From Lama glama (Eukaryota), in the NCBI GenBank assembly GCA_028534125.1, contig CM052816.1, positions 45,820,001 through 45,884,000 on the forward strand: 64,000 nucleotides of DNA, in the 5' to 3' direction. Below, piece by piece: positions 25,656 to 38,904 of this stretch. The notes beneath the pieces are model-generated. The model made no database searches. It saw nothing but the letters and a program-made list of their open reading frames with translations, and was not told the origin of the DNA. The position numbers were made by a program, and so were the translations under genes. How positions within the stretch are numbered: the stretch's first letter is position 1; each line of letters opens with the position of its first letter.

Positions 25656-27767
25656 CAAAGTTATTTGGTGATAACGGTGATAGAGGCAATGGGTTTTGCT
25701 ATTATTCATTAGGAAAAGAGCTTGGGAGAGCACAATTAAGTGAGAAGAAAAGTTAGGAATGCTAGTTTTGCCACTAGATTTACTGAAGAGTTCATACCCT
25801 TTAGATCAGAAGACATATACCGAAAAAAAGAAAAAGTAACAAACGCTTTTTCATATTTTTATTGCACTTTTGCTAAGTCTTTTAGGTCTTGATATAATGT
25901 ATCAAATATATAAATATACCTCTTATTTACATCATTTTTTGTGGCTCATTCTGACATTTGATCTTCCATTTTTAAAAAGCCAGTGAATCTGGTAGAACCA
26001 AGAACTTGTTAATTTGGGGAGGGAAAAAAATGAGGATGGTGCTAAATTCTCCAGGGCAATGGTTGATTTATTTTGACTGTTGTTTTCCTATCAGCATACT
26101 TTTTTGGTATTATCTTAAAATTGAAGCACCAGGAAAAGGTTGACTTTTTAATGGTACTCAAATAGAACATGTAACAGCAGACATTAGATTGCAGTTTCTA
26201 GCAAACAGTTGGAAAATCTAATACAGTGTCAAATGAAAACAAACTTCTCGATCTTTAAATTAGAACAATAGTGAGAGAATCAGACACAGCTGTGGCACTT
26301 CAGAAAGAAAAATACTGAGCTGTAGTGTGGAAGGTTGATGCTGAATTGTAAAAAATTGTCATTGGGTTCTTATGTGCTAGCTAATTAATGATAATGAATC
26401 TTACTTTTTTCCTTTGTACATTTTAAACGTATTTCAAGATGAACAGGCAGACTACTTTGTGTGCATATCTGTGCTAACCTTGGCATCTGAAATAGTTCCT
26501 CTTTTATTCTGCAAAACCGAGTATATGAGAGACTCTTCTCTTTAAGCCAATAACTGGGTTGATTCGTAGGCTGGCTCTTATCATTATTATTTAATTCCTC
26601 CGTCATATAAAATGTTTCACTTTACCCCATGATCATCAATAATGCCTGCAGTAACTCCCAGTATTGTGGGACCAAAAATTAAAGTGAAGAGACTTCTATA
26701 CTCTATGACTAGATAATTATTTTAGAATTTAAATAAATGTTGGCTGCATTGTTCCAACTGCACATGATGAACATGATTTCTGTCTCTCCTTAGCTAAGAA
26801 ACTACTCTGTTTTATTTTATGTTTATTTATATTTTTATATTTATGTCTCTAGCTAAACAGGTCTTAGAACATTAAACAGTCAATTGGTGTTTGGGAAAGT
26901 GTTCGTTGAAAATCTCATAGAGTTATTTTTGCTGTACTTTTGTACACACGTATATATGGTTGGGAATATACGTGGCTTTCTAATTTCAGAAACCACTTAT
27001 GGGGGTGTGGACATGGTGATCAGAGTCTTGGGGTCTAGATGAGTAGATAGACACCCAAAAGTCATTAATTCTGTAGTTTTTCTCTGGTGGCAGGGCTGTA
27101 CACATGTTTATGGTAGAGTTGACATGACTACATTTATTAAGATACAGAAGGCTTTTATTTTCCTGGACTTCTGCAGCAAAACCACAATGATACCTTAGAA
27201 GGAGACATCCCCTTCTTACTCACCTCAGCTGCTCTTTTATTCACCACAGCCTAGGGACACCCTTGGTTCCTTCTGCTTATTAAGAAAAAGGTATAATTGT
27301 TTTTGTTTACTTACCTTTTGAAAAACATTAAAAGAGTTGTTCTAGAATAAACAAACCAAAAAGCTAGTCTATAAAACGCCTCAAAAACATTATGGAGCCT
27401 CTTGGTAAAACAGGTTAAGTCAGAACTATATTTTGTCTTTAAACTGATACTGTGACATCGAAAAAGTAGCATTTCAGTGTTTTGGGGTTGATGTACAATT
27501 AAGGATTAAAGGAAAGAAGGAAAGAATAACCAAAGTCAGGCAGCAGTCAGAGAGAAACAGTTCAGGTAGTAATTGACAAGTGGTTCCCATTTTTTTCCCT
27601 TTCAACTTGCAGAGACATTAAAACTTCAAATGGACTAAAAGCGCTTTCATATTCCTTTGCCTCCTTGTCTTCTGAGCCTGAACACTTTACAAGTTAAAAT
27701 CTTTACGAGTTTCAAATCCCACTCAACTCTGTCAACTGGCCTCTGAAATAGTTTAATATTTATTTAT

Positions 27768-27812
27768 TTATTCATTCATTCATTCAATCATTCATTCATA
27801 CATTCATTCATT
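27768..27812. repeat. Imperfect (ATTC)n tetranucleotide repeat
   Basis: ttattcattcattcattcaatcattcattcatacattcattcatt; may derive from an L2 tail. Confidence 0.85.
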
Positions 27813-28619
27813 TCCATTCTGCATCCATAAAATAAATCTCTGTCAACTTCATAACTGGTAAGGATTTTAAAACAGAAGCCAAGTTCAATTGTTGACAAAT
27901 ATGGCACATAGGAGGATAATGTGTACATATAGGCTAGGAATGAGTTCCATGACATAATTAGAATGAATAGAATAAAATTGAAATATTAAGAATATTGCCA
28001 ATAAAAATACACTAATAGTGAAAAATGTAGTGATAAGATAAATGTGATGGTGGTAGCATAATTGAGTAATGATTAAAACCTGTTAATAAATCCCTGTAAA
28101 TCACAACCTTGTAATCAGTTGGTGGTGGGGACTCAATGATCTCTACTTTTGCTTAGCAAGAGGTAGTGGGAGCTAGTAACATTTACAAATTTTGGCAGTG
28201 GATAAAATCCTCATATTGACTAGAAATAAAGTGTTCTCAAGCATACTTATGCATTTGGTAGCATCTTTTGACAGAAAATGTGTTTGATGATATTAATTAT
28301 AACTTAGTCCTATCATTTGTTAAAAAAAAATCCACTAAGGAAGTTGAGTAGATATTTGTTAAAATGAGAAATATGCATTCAGATTTAGATTTTACTGCAT
28401 AGAGTAATCATTTAGTTGCTAGGGAAAGATTAGATGTTCATTAAAAAATACTTTTGATAATTCTGTAGAAAAGGTAGTTATTAATAATCCAAATGCTGTG
28501 AATTTTAAATGAAAAGCCATCTGAAAACCAAGTGTTATAATAAATGCAAGAACCTGTGCTTATAATGTTATCTTTTACAATGCTTATCTTAACATTTCAT
28601 ATTTAATTAATTTCTTTAT

Positions 28620-28960
28620 TGCTTATATTATGAAAAATCACCTAATTTTAAAAAAAAGTATCTTCATTTTAGAAAAACTGGAAAATAGAGAACACAGAAA
28701 ATAATTTTAAAATCACCTATTTATTCCTTCATAAGGATAATCACCTTTCTCACATGTGAAAGTTTTAGCATTATTATTCTTCTGTGTATATGTATGTAAG
28801 TATATTTTCATATACATGTCTATATGTATTTTTTAATAGAATTCACCTTACATTGTTTTTGAAAACTGTTCTTTTAAATTAAAAAACATATTCCCAGATA
28901 TTTCTTACATTTTCTTTTCTCAGTAAATAAAACCTAGTAAGGAGATTACTAGATCAGGAC
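28620..28960 (-). mobile_element. Very old L1ME-type 3' fragment
   Basis: tagaaaaactggaaaatag...aaaatcacctat...gataatcacc...aaaacctagtaaggagattactagatca. Confidence 0.4.
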
Positions 28961-29444
28961 CCAGTAAGACCGAAGAGTTAAAAGGTTATATATTTAGGAC
29001 AACCAGTCTTCCAGCTTATTGTGTCAGATTCTCTCGTCATCCTTAAACATTAATAAGGTGTTTCTTCTTCCACCTTCTTCCAGTGGTGTGTCGTTTACAT
29101 CTTGGACTCTCTGATCATAGGAGATTCTTTGGATTATGATAAGTGTGGGCTGCAGTGGAGCTAAGAAAAAAGTGTAAAATTGATTTTACAAAGTAAGTTA
29201 AGCATTGTGCTAATAGGTATAGCCAGTGCAGTCGTTACATCTCATGCTTTTGACCCAGTTACTGTTGTTTACTTTTTTCTTGCTTTTAGTGTAAATCATT
29301 GCTGATAAAAATAAAGCTTCCTGTCATCCAGTACTAGTGCTACTTCTTCATAACTTTTGATAAAAATGTGCCCCATGAGTGTCTGAGTACCCTTCCTATG
29401 TATATAACTATCTGAAAGAAGGTCAGGACTATACCTGTGAGATG

Positions 29445-30264
29445 GAGCTAGAAGGCTACACTGACATAATAAACCCTGACAATGAGTTTAAGACTTCTGA
29501 GGCTTAATAGAAGAAAGATTTTTTCTAATTCTTATAAAGTCTGCTGTTCAGGGGACACTTCCATTCTATGACTTAGGATACAAGCTGCTTTTGTCTGTGG
29601 CTTTAGCATCTTAACATGTGGATTCCAAGGTTGCTACAGGAAAAGCAGAGACAGAGGAAGCACAGCAGCTTTTGTTTTGGCTATCTCAGTCTGCAAGCAA
29701 CATGCATCCATTCTCACTTCTTAGTCCATTTGCCAAACTAGTGACATAGCTTCAGCCTAATTGCAAGGGAGATTAGAAAATTTTATAGAGTGTCTCTGTC
29801 AGGATTCAACTAGAGAAGCAAAACCAATAGGAAATATAAATATTAAGAAATTGATTACAAGGAATTAGTTTAGGGAATTCTTGGAGCTAGATAGGCAAGT
29901 TTGAAATTCACAGAGGAGGCCCCCAGGAATTGGGTCACAAGTAGGCTGGAACTCAAGGCACAGGCTGAAGCTGCTCCACATAGCAGGACTTTCCTCTCTG
30001 TCTCAGGGAAGCCACAACTGTTTTTAAGGTCTTTCAACTGATTGATTCAGACCTACCCAAATTATCTAGGATAATCTCCCTTACTCAAAGTCAACTGATT
30101 GTGGCCTTTTAACTGCACTGCAAACTCCCTTTACAGCAACATATAGCTTAGTGTTCGAATTACTATAGCTAGCCAAGATGACACATTAAAAAAACAACCA
30201 AAATCCAGAAAACATTGCAAGGGTGCATGTGTAATAACAGGTAGCACTAATGGTCTCTGCCAGA
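29445..30264 (-). mobile_element. MLT1 (MLT1I/J-like) MaLR solo LTR, interrupted by MLT2
   Basis: ggcttaatagaagaaagatt...caacatgtggattccaagg-type core...gtccatttgccaaactagtgacatag...taattgcaagggagattag; resumes at about 30205 with gcactaatggtctctgccaga. Confidence 0.7.
29791..30200 (-). mobile_element. MLT2 (MLT2E/F-like) ERV-L solo LTR
   Basis: caggattcaactagagaagcaaaaccaatagga...ttacaaggaattag...ggtctttcaactgattgattcagacctaccc...gataatctcccttactcaaagtcaactgatt...tagccaagatgacacat. Confidence 0.85.
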
Positions 30265-33200
30265 CTGTGAGATTATACTAGATCTTATGAGGGGTTACTC
30301 ATCAAGGACTACAACAAAAAGATGTGAAAGAAATGATAAGATCAATAGCCCTGTCCGTTGATTTGTGAGAAGAAAGAGAACCATCATACAATTATATATA
30401 ACATGTAAATTTGATCATCTAGGCTGAATTAATAGATTATTGAAAATATTTAATCTAGAAAAACTTTTTTGCAGTTCTCAGAATTCTAATCCTGCCAAGA
30501 ACCAACAAATACTTGTCATACTAACTTATCCTAGCAGAGGTTGTTTTGATATTTTGTTTGTGATATTAACTACATTTTTATGCATGTTCTTGTTTTTCTA
30601 TTCTGTCTGTTTTGCTGTGCCATGCTATTGTTACTGCCTAAGCATCTCAAGCACATTTATTAAATTTCTATTACTAGTCCAAACTGGCCTATATCCTTAA
30701 TCTTTTTTTTTCCTTTCTATATTCTTAATCTTAATGCTGCATAATTTAGATTTTACTTGAAATTTAAATGCTATCTCTTAATTATCTTCTTTCCTTTTCT
30801 TATGTCTCTTGGCATTGCCTTCATATTCCTCTTTTGCTTCTCATTAGCAGCCCACTGAGCTGCATCATCTTCTCATAGTGGCAATGAACAGGATTGCTTT
30901 AGTTTAGTAACTTCTCATTACTACCAGCCAGTTGGTCCTCCCCATTGTCCAAGTCACAGCTTCCGTCACTGCTGTCAGTGTCACCTGGTAATGGCTGATG
31001 GTGTTTCACATGTCTCCCTGTGCTCTGAAAATAGTATTTGCCAGAAGTTGGCCAGAAATTGTAGTGGACAGAATCAAGCAAGTCTTCCATCTGCTACCTG
31101 CATTTGCTGTCTATATATATGCTGTATATTACCTGAGGAGAAAAAGAGACTTGATTCCACAGGTGAGAAGCCAAAAGCAAGCCCTATCTGGCCAACTTGT
31201 GTTAAGCCTTTCTCTGCTGGAAGTTACTCTTTGCCAGTCAGGCAATAAGTCAGAACTAAAAGCTGCAGTAGACAGACAAAGCAATGCAGAATTAATGACT
31301 TCTTTGTGCCAAGGTACAAAAATAATATGTGGGCAGTAAACATTATAGTTTTAAGGTCAAAGTTATTCCACCTTGGGACCACTATTAGATTAGCAAGCGA
31401 TGTATCAGTCACAGAGCTGTTTTTAGTGGCCCTAATGCGAAGTGATTGTGCTCACTAAGCCGCAGTGTATACTTTTCCTTTATTATCTACTGTATCAAAA
31501 TCTCACCTTATTATAATACCCCTAAATATGATTTCCATTGTAGAATATCATTAGTGCATGGTTTGAGTAAGCAATATGCATTTAAAAATTGTCTAAACAC
31601 CTCTTTACATGCCAGCTCTGGCAATAATTACAAAATGTCTATATCTAGAAAAACAGGCAATTCAGAAATATCAGTTTGTGCTATTATTTATGATACACAT
31701 GTGCTAGTTTTCTCTAAATATAGACATTTGGTAATTATCACCAGGACTATTTGTTACAATTCCAAAGTAGATACTAATGAAATAGAAATATAATTTATTT
31801 GGTAAAAATGTAAATGCTGAAAAATTCTCATTATCTTTTTGCAAAGTACAGTTCTTAGTTTCCTATTCATATTTCATGTAATAATTTTGGATTAGCCATC
31901 TGGTTTGTTGAGGGTTGAAAATCTGTTTAACACCAACGCAGAATTTTTGTTAAAAAATAAGGCAAGTCACATACCAATCACAAATGTTTTTCAGGTATTT
32001 CACAGTGCTAATAATGAATAACTTTTAGGAGATGGCATGTAAATTTGCATTTTTATCTTTAGCACCTTCCTTGCTTTTTTTTTTCTCTTGTGCAGTTTAA
32101 ACTCACCTGCAACATGCTTTTGAAAACTATTTTTCAGGGATATGTCAATCTAAATGGTTAAAATGCAACAATTATTTTAAAAAATTCTGTTGTCCACTCC
32201 AGTTATTCTAGTACCTCTCTTTCTCTTGTTCAAATGGTTAGCTCGGTACTTTAGATAGAACATTTTCTCAATGACTCCAAGTCTATATCCCCAAGACTGA
32301 ATTACCTCCTCCATGCCCCATGTCTGCAGATAGACTCCCAACTTGTTATTCTTCCTTGATGGATGTGATTGCTCCATCCACCTCTAGGAAAGAGTGTGAA
32401 TTTATCTGTGCAGATTCATCGCTTCATGTGTCTTAAAACTTTGAAGGTGGGTGTTGCACAAAAAGTGGGTCTTGACTGTTGTGTTTGGTAGACAGTGTTC
32501 TCACCAGCGAGTCCCCTTCCATCTATGGTAGGAAATAAGCTGCTGCCTGTAAATGGGAGTGTTTGTAACTCCATCCCAAATCATTAACCCCTGCAATATC
32601 TTGCTGAATTGTTTTTGTCAACATGCAATGCATCTTAGGTGCTGGAACATCTGGTTAGAGCATTCTACCATCCTAGTTTCAGGCAGAGTGGGTGTGGGTT
32701 GTGACATACCTCTGGTATTGGGCTCTGAAGGCTAAACTTTGGCTCCCATAGTTCACCTGAATATCGTGTTAGAAAATATTCTTTGGAGGGAAAGAATATT
32801 CAGGGCTTTTCAACACAGATGTGGAGTTCTGTTAAGTACTCCTTCAAACACTGTGGAATTTCAGAAAGATTTCCTCTGCTCCTGTCAGGACTGGGTCCAA
32901 AGCTATGTAAGATAACCACAAGAAGCATGCTTCTAGGTGCCCGAGAAACAACTGTGAGGAAGCAATAATCAGCTTTAATAAAACAATGCCTCATTTTGTT
33001 TTGATGAGAAGAATGGTCAATTTTGCTACATGATCTCTTATTTATCATCTAATCTTTGATGAAGGGAAGGCCAGGGAGCTGCTTTATCCCTTACAGAAAT
33101 ACTCGAAGAATGTCAGGGTATAAATTTTGAGAAAATGTGTATATAGGTATGCACTACCTTAAAAAAAAGATTTAGCATACAGACCTAGGTACCTCTCAGT

Positions 33201-36200
33201 CTTCTGAATTCCTTTCTTTCTTTCCTCCTCAAACTTTTTAATCTGGAAAGCAATGAAAAATGATCCATCTATTACTTACAGGTCAACATTTACAATGTTC
33301 TTGTTAACAATTCATTTTTGTTGTTGATTTTAATTTGCCTAAGGTGAAAAGGACATAATATAAATAAGTTAAAAGGCTAATAAATACATATATGTGTAGA
33401 CTAAGCATTCCTACCCAAAGCTACACACAGATACTGAGTTGTCACACACAATACTGGCTGTTTGATGACTATACTGAGCAGTCAGCTCTAAATTAGTCTC
33501 TTGCTGCCTGTAAAGACACTTCAAGTCTTATAGGCATATCAAAGGCACACAGTCCAACATAGTAGAAAAAAATACCATGGAATTAGCTTGGTCATATCAG
33601 AGAGGAATACTTTAATCAAAGATCTATGCAATGTTCTAATCTTTTCACAAGAAAAATGATTCTTGTCTCCATTCCGTTTATTGGGGGTAATTCGTATCAC
33701 TAACTGTTAGGGTCACAAAGAGAAAAGTAGTTATTTATATGATCAAGGCTTATAAAATCTCAGATAGTGCTTAAATATATTTGGCGGTACATCTGGAATG
33801 GATTCTGCCCTTCATTGTCTATTTTTTTTAAGGATTTTGTTGTGGGTAATATAAGTTTCTGTATTTGCTTCTGGAAGAAGATAGCATTCTCTTACCGAAA
33901 TGATGGAAAAACTATGTACAAAGGGATGGAACTGGCTCGGTGGGAAGCAGCATGTGTACTCTCAGACAAAATAATTACAGTTTGGGACAATGTAATATAA
34001 TTTTCATAGACCCAGTAATTTCTAAATATTAATTTCAAGGCTGAATTAAAATATATATGCTTAAAAGAAGTGCTTCAGGGATTCTGTCTTCTGCATATTC
34101 TCTTGCTTCTTATGTCTCTTTTCCACCCTTCTTTTGCTGTTCTTAAAAGTACATTTCTTGTGACATTGGCCTGGGAAAATCATTGCGGGTTGGTAGTTTT
34201 TTATTGTTTACTAGATAACCCATTGATCCTTTGCCTTATCCTTTCATCCCTATGCCAACATTGAATTCTCTGATCTATCTGTTTCCAACCAGAAGTCTCA
34301 CTGGGAGGGTGGGGCTGGAGGCAGGGATGGGAGCCTGAAGCACTTGAGTAGGTAGCAAGGCCAATAGGTCAGCACCTCTGAAGGCTGACTTGTTAAGACT
34401 AATGTCAAACTTGTGAGCTTGTTGTCAATAGTCATAGATGCTGTTTCCTTTTTAGCCTGTCCCTCAAGCCCAGCTTTCCCCATATCCACACACACTGGAC
34501 GCTCTTGTTAAAAACTGTAGGGGTAAAATGAAATGATGGCTACTGAGCTATTCGCTGGATAACCCCACTTTTTGACACTGTCCTTTTCATATGAAGTGGA
34601 AATGGACTTCTGTATTCCCAACCATGAGATGTTTCATCTAGACTGCCTCCTAATAAGCCAGAGCTTGTGATCCAAAGCCTGTTCCTATGTGAGTTACCAC
34701 CATTTAGCCACAGAAGGCTGGAGAACAAGAGTGCAAGACAGCCCTGGCCAAAATACATCCTGTGGACTGAGTCCTCCACCTACCATTAGCAAATAGGATC
34801 CTCTGGTGCCAACACTAAATTGTTCCTTATCAACAAGGATGGGTTTTAGAAACTGCTACCATAAATTTTTTCTTCAAGTGGTAGTGAAAAACTAGGTTTT
34901 TAAAAAGTGCCTTTTAATTCATTGTTGTCTGTAAACTTTTAAAGTACTGAACATGTAACAGTGTCTCAAATTTTGACTATTTAAGTCTTTAATGGATGCC
35001 ACTTTAAAAAAAGTAAAATGCTGTAATTTTTTTCTCACTGTTCATTTACTCTTAGTGTATCTTTATAAATTACCCCTGTAGTGATTAAATTGCACTAGTA
35101 TTTTCCAAAAAAAGTACAATGTTTTATACACAGTGGATACTCTGTACCTACTGGTTTATATTGATGCACAAGGCAACTAAGATTATTGTTTGTACATTTA
35201 AAGTTTAGGTTACTTTGTTACCAAGTCTAGGGTACTTAATTTTATATTGCTCTTCCAGTTTGATTCTAGTATATGTCATTTTTTTGGTCTGTAATGTCTA
35301 CATTCAGTTCTTTCTCCAGGGACGGGAGATCCTCAGCAAAGTAGCCATGTCTGCAAGTTCTGCCAGGTTAAGTAGAGGCAGTCAGCTATTGAGAATCTAG
35401 CGAAAGAAAATCCTTAGAAGTATCAGTATGCCAAAATATATTTTAAAAACTCATTCTATTTATAATCTATAATCCTTCATCTCAAGGCTGTTAGGCACTG
35501 CCCTTTTTTTGAAAGCTGTACTTTTGAGTACTGTGTGTTAGAACCAAAGTCTCAAAGCATCACTGAAGCTGCTCTTTTCCCTTGCTGCAAGCTTTAGGGT
35601 TAGTTTTAATAGTGTACCAGTTGCAAGGCTGCACTAGCTATTGCAAGCTATGGCTAATTCAAACACAAAATAGGATTGTGAATCCTATTTGGTGTGATTA
35701 TATCATTTAACCACAATTGTCTACCTTCACATACTCCTGTGCTTTACTATTGGTGATGACAATAATAAAAATCATAATACCTTTTTCGTAAGAGATGGCG
35801 AGCTCTTTAAAATGGTCTCATTATAACATCCTTGTGAAGCATTCCTAAAAAATACTTTCATCTGCATTTCCCCAACTGAAGACACTGATCTTTACAGAAT
35901 CAAAACATAAAAGGAGTTCCCAGAAGTCAAAATTTTTAACTCTAGAATGACGGTTCACTCCCTCATAGAACAACTCCTTAGAACAATGAAAGAAAAACTA
36001 GAAAAAAGCACAGTTGTATAATCCTATTATTCTATGATTGTAATAACTTTTATATTATTGGCAGATTCCTTTTCTAAAAAAAAGTACTTTTTTCCCCTCT
36101 CAGTCTGTTCTAGTGCTAAAACTGAAATTTAAACATATTCTTGAAGCAAAGCAAGGCCTAACCTAACTTTGAATAATAATAATAATAATATATTGTTTTA

Positions 36201-38029
36201 ATCAGATATAAATGCTCTTTAACTTTATCCTTCTAATCTCCATTTTAGAGATAAAGTTCTACCAATATATGATTCAAATGTTCAGTTCATTGAGCTGCTC
36301 AGGCAAGTTACAATACAGCAAACATAAAGAAGACTCCTTTGAGGACTGACCATGTTCAGACCAAATTGTCATAATGTTCTTTATTCTCTATTGCACCTTT
36401 AAATTGAGTGCCATTAATGCCTAGAATTAAAAACCTCAAGAGGCATCCTGTACTAGATAGGGATTCTGCTCGCGAAGTACTGCATGATTATGCTGTGAGA
36501 TATTTGTAGTTTATTTTGGGCTTGGTGAAATTAGCATCTTTGTTTACAAGAATACCATCTCACTGATCAAGTTAAAGTACATGCCTAATAACCAGCATTC
36601 TTAGGATTTTATGTTGTCCTTAATTAGAATCTTCAAAGTTAATTAGGGGAACAAATGGTACTTTTGTTCTGTAAGTCCCCTCTAACAGCTTTCTCACACT
36701 TAAAATGTTCCCACATTTATAGGTAGCTTGGCTTCTGCTTTAAAACTACTGGTTAACTGCTCATTGGTTAACTCCTCCTTCATTCACAGAGTGCAGTCCA
36801 CTCTATTTTCTTGGGTGCCTTTGATCTTCAACCCCCCCCATTGTCTACCATTAATATGGTTTATTTTTAGATATGAAATTATTCATTCAATTTTTGGTTC
36901 CTGTTTAGGAACAGCATTTAACTCAAGGCTTAGAAAATTGAATTCATGGAACACTGTCATATGCAGGGAGACTATGATAGCTTTGCCTTAGAAAATTGCA
37001 CAGAAAAATTGAGTTTCCACTCCCCCCCCATGCCTGAGTGTAGGGGCGTAGTGTGGGATGTAATATTCTTTTCATTTGAATTAGTATAAAAATAACTGAC
37101 CTTATTTTGATACCTATTATATATTTGAATATTTTTATTTATAAAAATATTTTTATTTTATTTTTAATAAAGAACTTATTACATACAGAAAGCTGACACT
37201 CAGCATAATAAGCTAATACCAAGGATGTGAGATTTTTTCAGCCATGATGTCTGTCTGCTTTCTGCCACTAATGGTAATATAAGACTATTAGAAGTGAATC
37301 GAGTAAATGAGAAATAGTCTTTGCATTAGAGCAGGAGTCTGTCACTCTTCTGGCAACCCTGCCGAGAGCTACACATCAAAGCTACCACACTGTGCTAATA
37401 GTGTCACTTATCCCACAGCCTTTACACTGTCCCATATGCAGTTACTATGCAGGGGGTGTGCACATGAGGGTGAGAGGGGAGTTGACAATGTGCTAGAAGA
37501 AACCGTAGGAGATAAACTGAATGTGATTTATCACCTCTAATCCTTGCAATGGAAAACATTTAGGAAGAGCAAATAATTGAGGTCTTTAAAAAATATGGTT
37601 TTATTGGGGGAAAGAAAAAACCCTGATATAATTAGAAACCTAAAACTGGTGGAATAAAATAATTTTTTAAAAAGTCATGAGAAAATCCTTAGTATGTTCA
37701 TGTAATTAGAAGAAAGAAATTGCACTTTAAAACAATCCCTTTCAAACTATTTAGTTTTGATTATATGCCTGAAAGAATGTTAAAAAAAAAAGCCTTCATT
37801 ATTGTTTTTTGTAGATGGCAATAACAATCACAGATATCTACATTACTCAAATTGCTGAAATAAAAATATTTCTATTAAACTAAAAGCAATCAGTGACAAT
37901 GTATCTATACCACTTACTGCAGTCTTCTTTACCAGGATAATATTGTTTCGGTTGTATTTGATTTTTTTGTCATTGTTGTTTTTATATTTAGTAATCACTA
38001 TATGGTACCAGATTGACAGGTCAGGAGGG

Positions 38030-38330
38030 TGAAAAGAATGCAGGCAAAGTAAGTGCAGTCAGAGAAACCCCTCCCAGTGGGGCTGCAGTAGGCGAAGCTG
38101 TGGCTCTGAGCCGAGCCCGTTATCTCATTTTATCGAGCTCCGCAGAGCGCGGCTGTTTTATCTGCTCTCTCCCAGCCTTGACTAAATACACCAGCCTTAT
38201 TCCTGGGTCAGTCTACCCACTTGTTCTCTCAGGAACTGAGCTAGCTGTAAATGCTTCTTCTGGAGTCCTTAAAACGATCCGAAGGGTTTGGGGGAAATGT
38301 GTGAGAGAGAATGTAAATGATTGAGTTAAA
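38030..38330. promoter_or_regulatory. Candidate enhancer or alternative promoter (CpG-retaining, clustered GATA sites)
   Basis: 7 CpGs in 38093-38151 within a CpG-depleted window; TTATCT 38120, TTATCG 38130, TTATCT 38158; not repeat-derived as far as I can see. Confidence 0.5.
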
Positions 38331-38904
38331 GTTCGCTTTTATATTTCAGACATGCACAGAGTTGGTTTAAAAGATTCTCCAACAATGTTTCTGTGATCTA
38401 AGAGAATGAAAAATAAGAATTTCATGGAAGATAAAAGCCAAAAGACAGAAGGAGTGAAAACAAATAAACACCCCTATTCCTTCAAATTACCCCAAGGCCC
38501 CCTTTACAAATTTTAGCAGTTACACCTCTTGTTTGTATATCCAGCCTGACAGTTTCAGCTAGGTCTAGAACTTTTAAGCAATCAAGGAAGAAATCATAGC
38601 AGGGATGCCCTGTAGTTTCCACATTTACTCTAGAGGAGTCTCTGAGTTCATCTTTTGGTCCTTGTTTAATCTTACAATTATAACATATAGGATGATTTGC
38701 TCTACATTTTGGGGCTTTGAGAACACAAAGATATGACAAGTGAAGATCTTTTAACAAGGACCAGGACAGAGAAGTTTAAAAAAGCAAAAAAAGGGAAAAT
38801 TGCAAAATTTGGGGAACCTTTCAGTATAGGCCAAAAACACTGTGGTCTGACACTGTGCTTCTATGTAGGATAGTATCATAGAAATGAAGTGAATTTTGTC
38901 AAAC

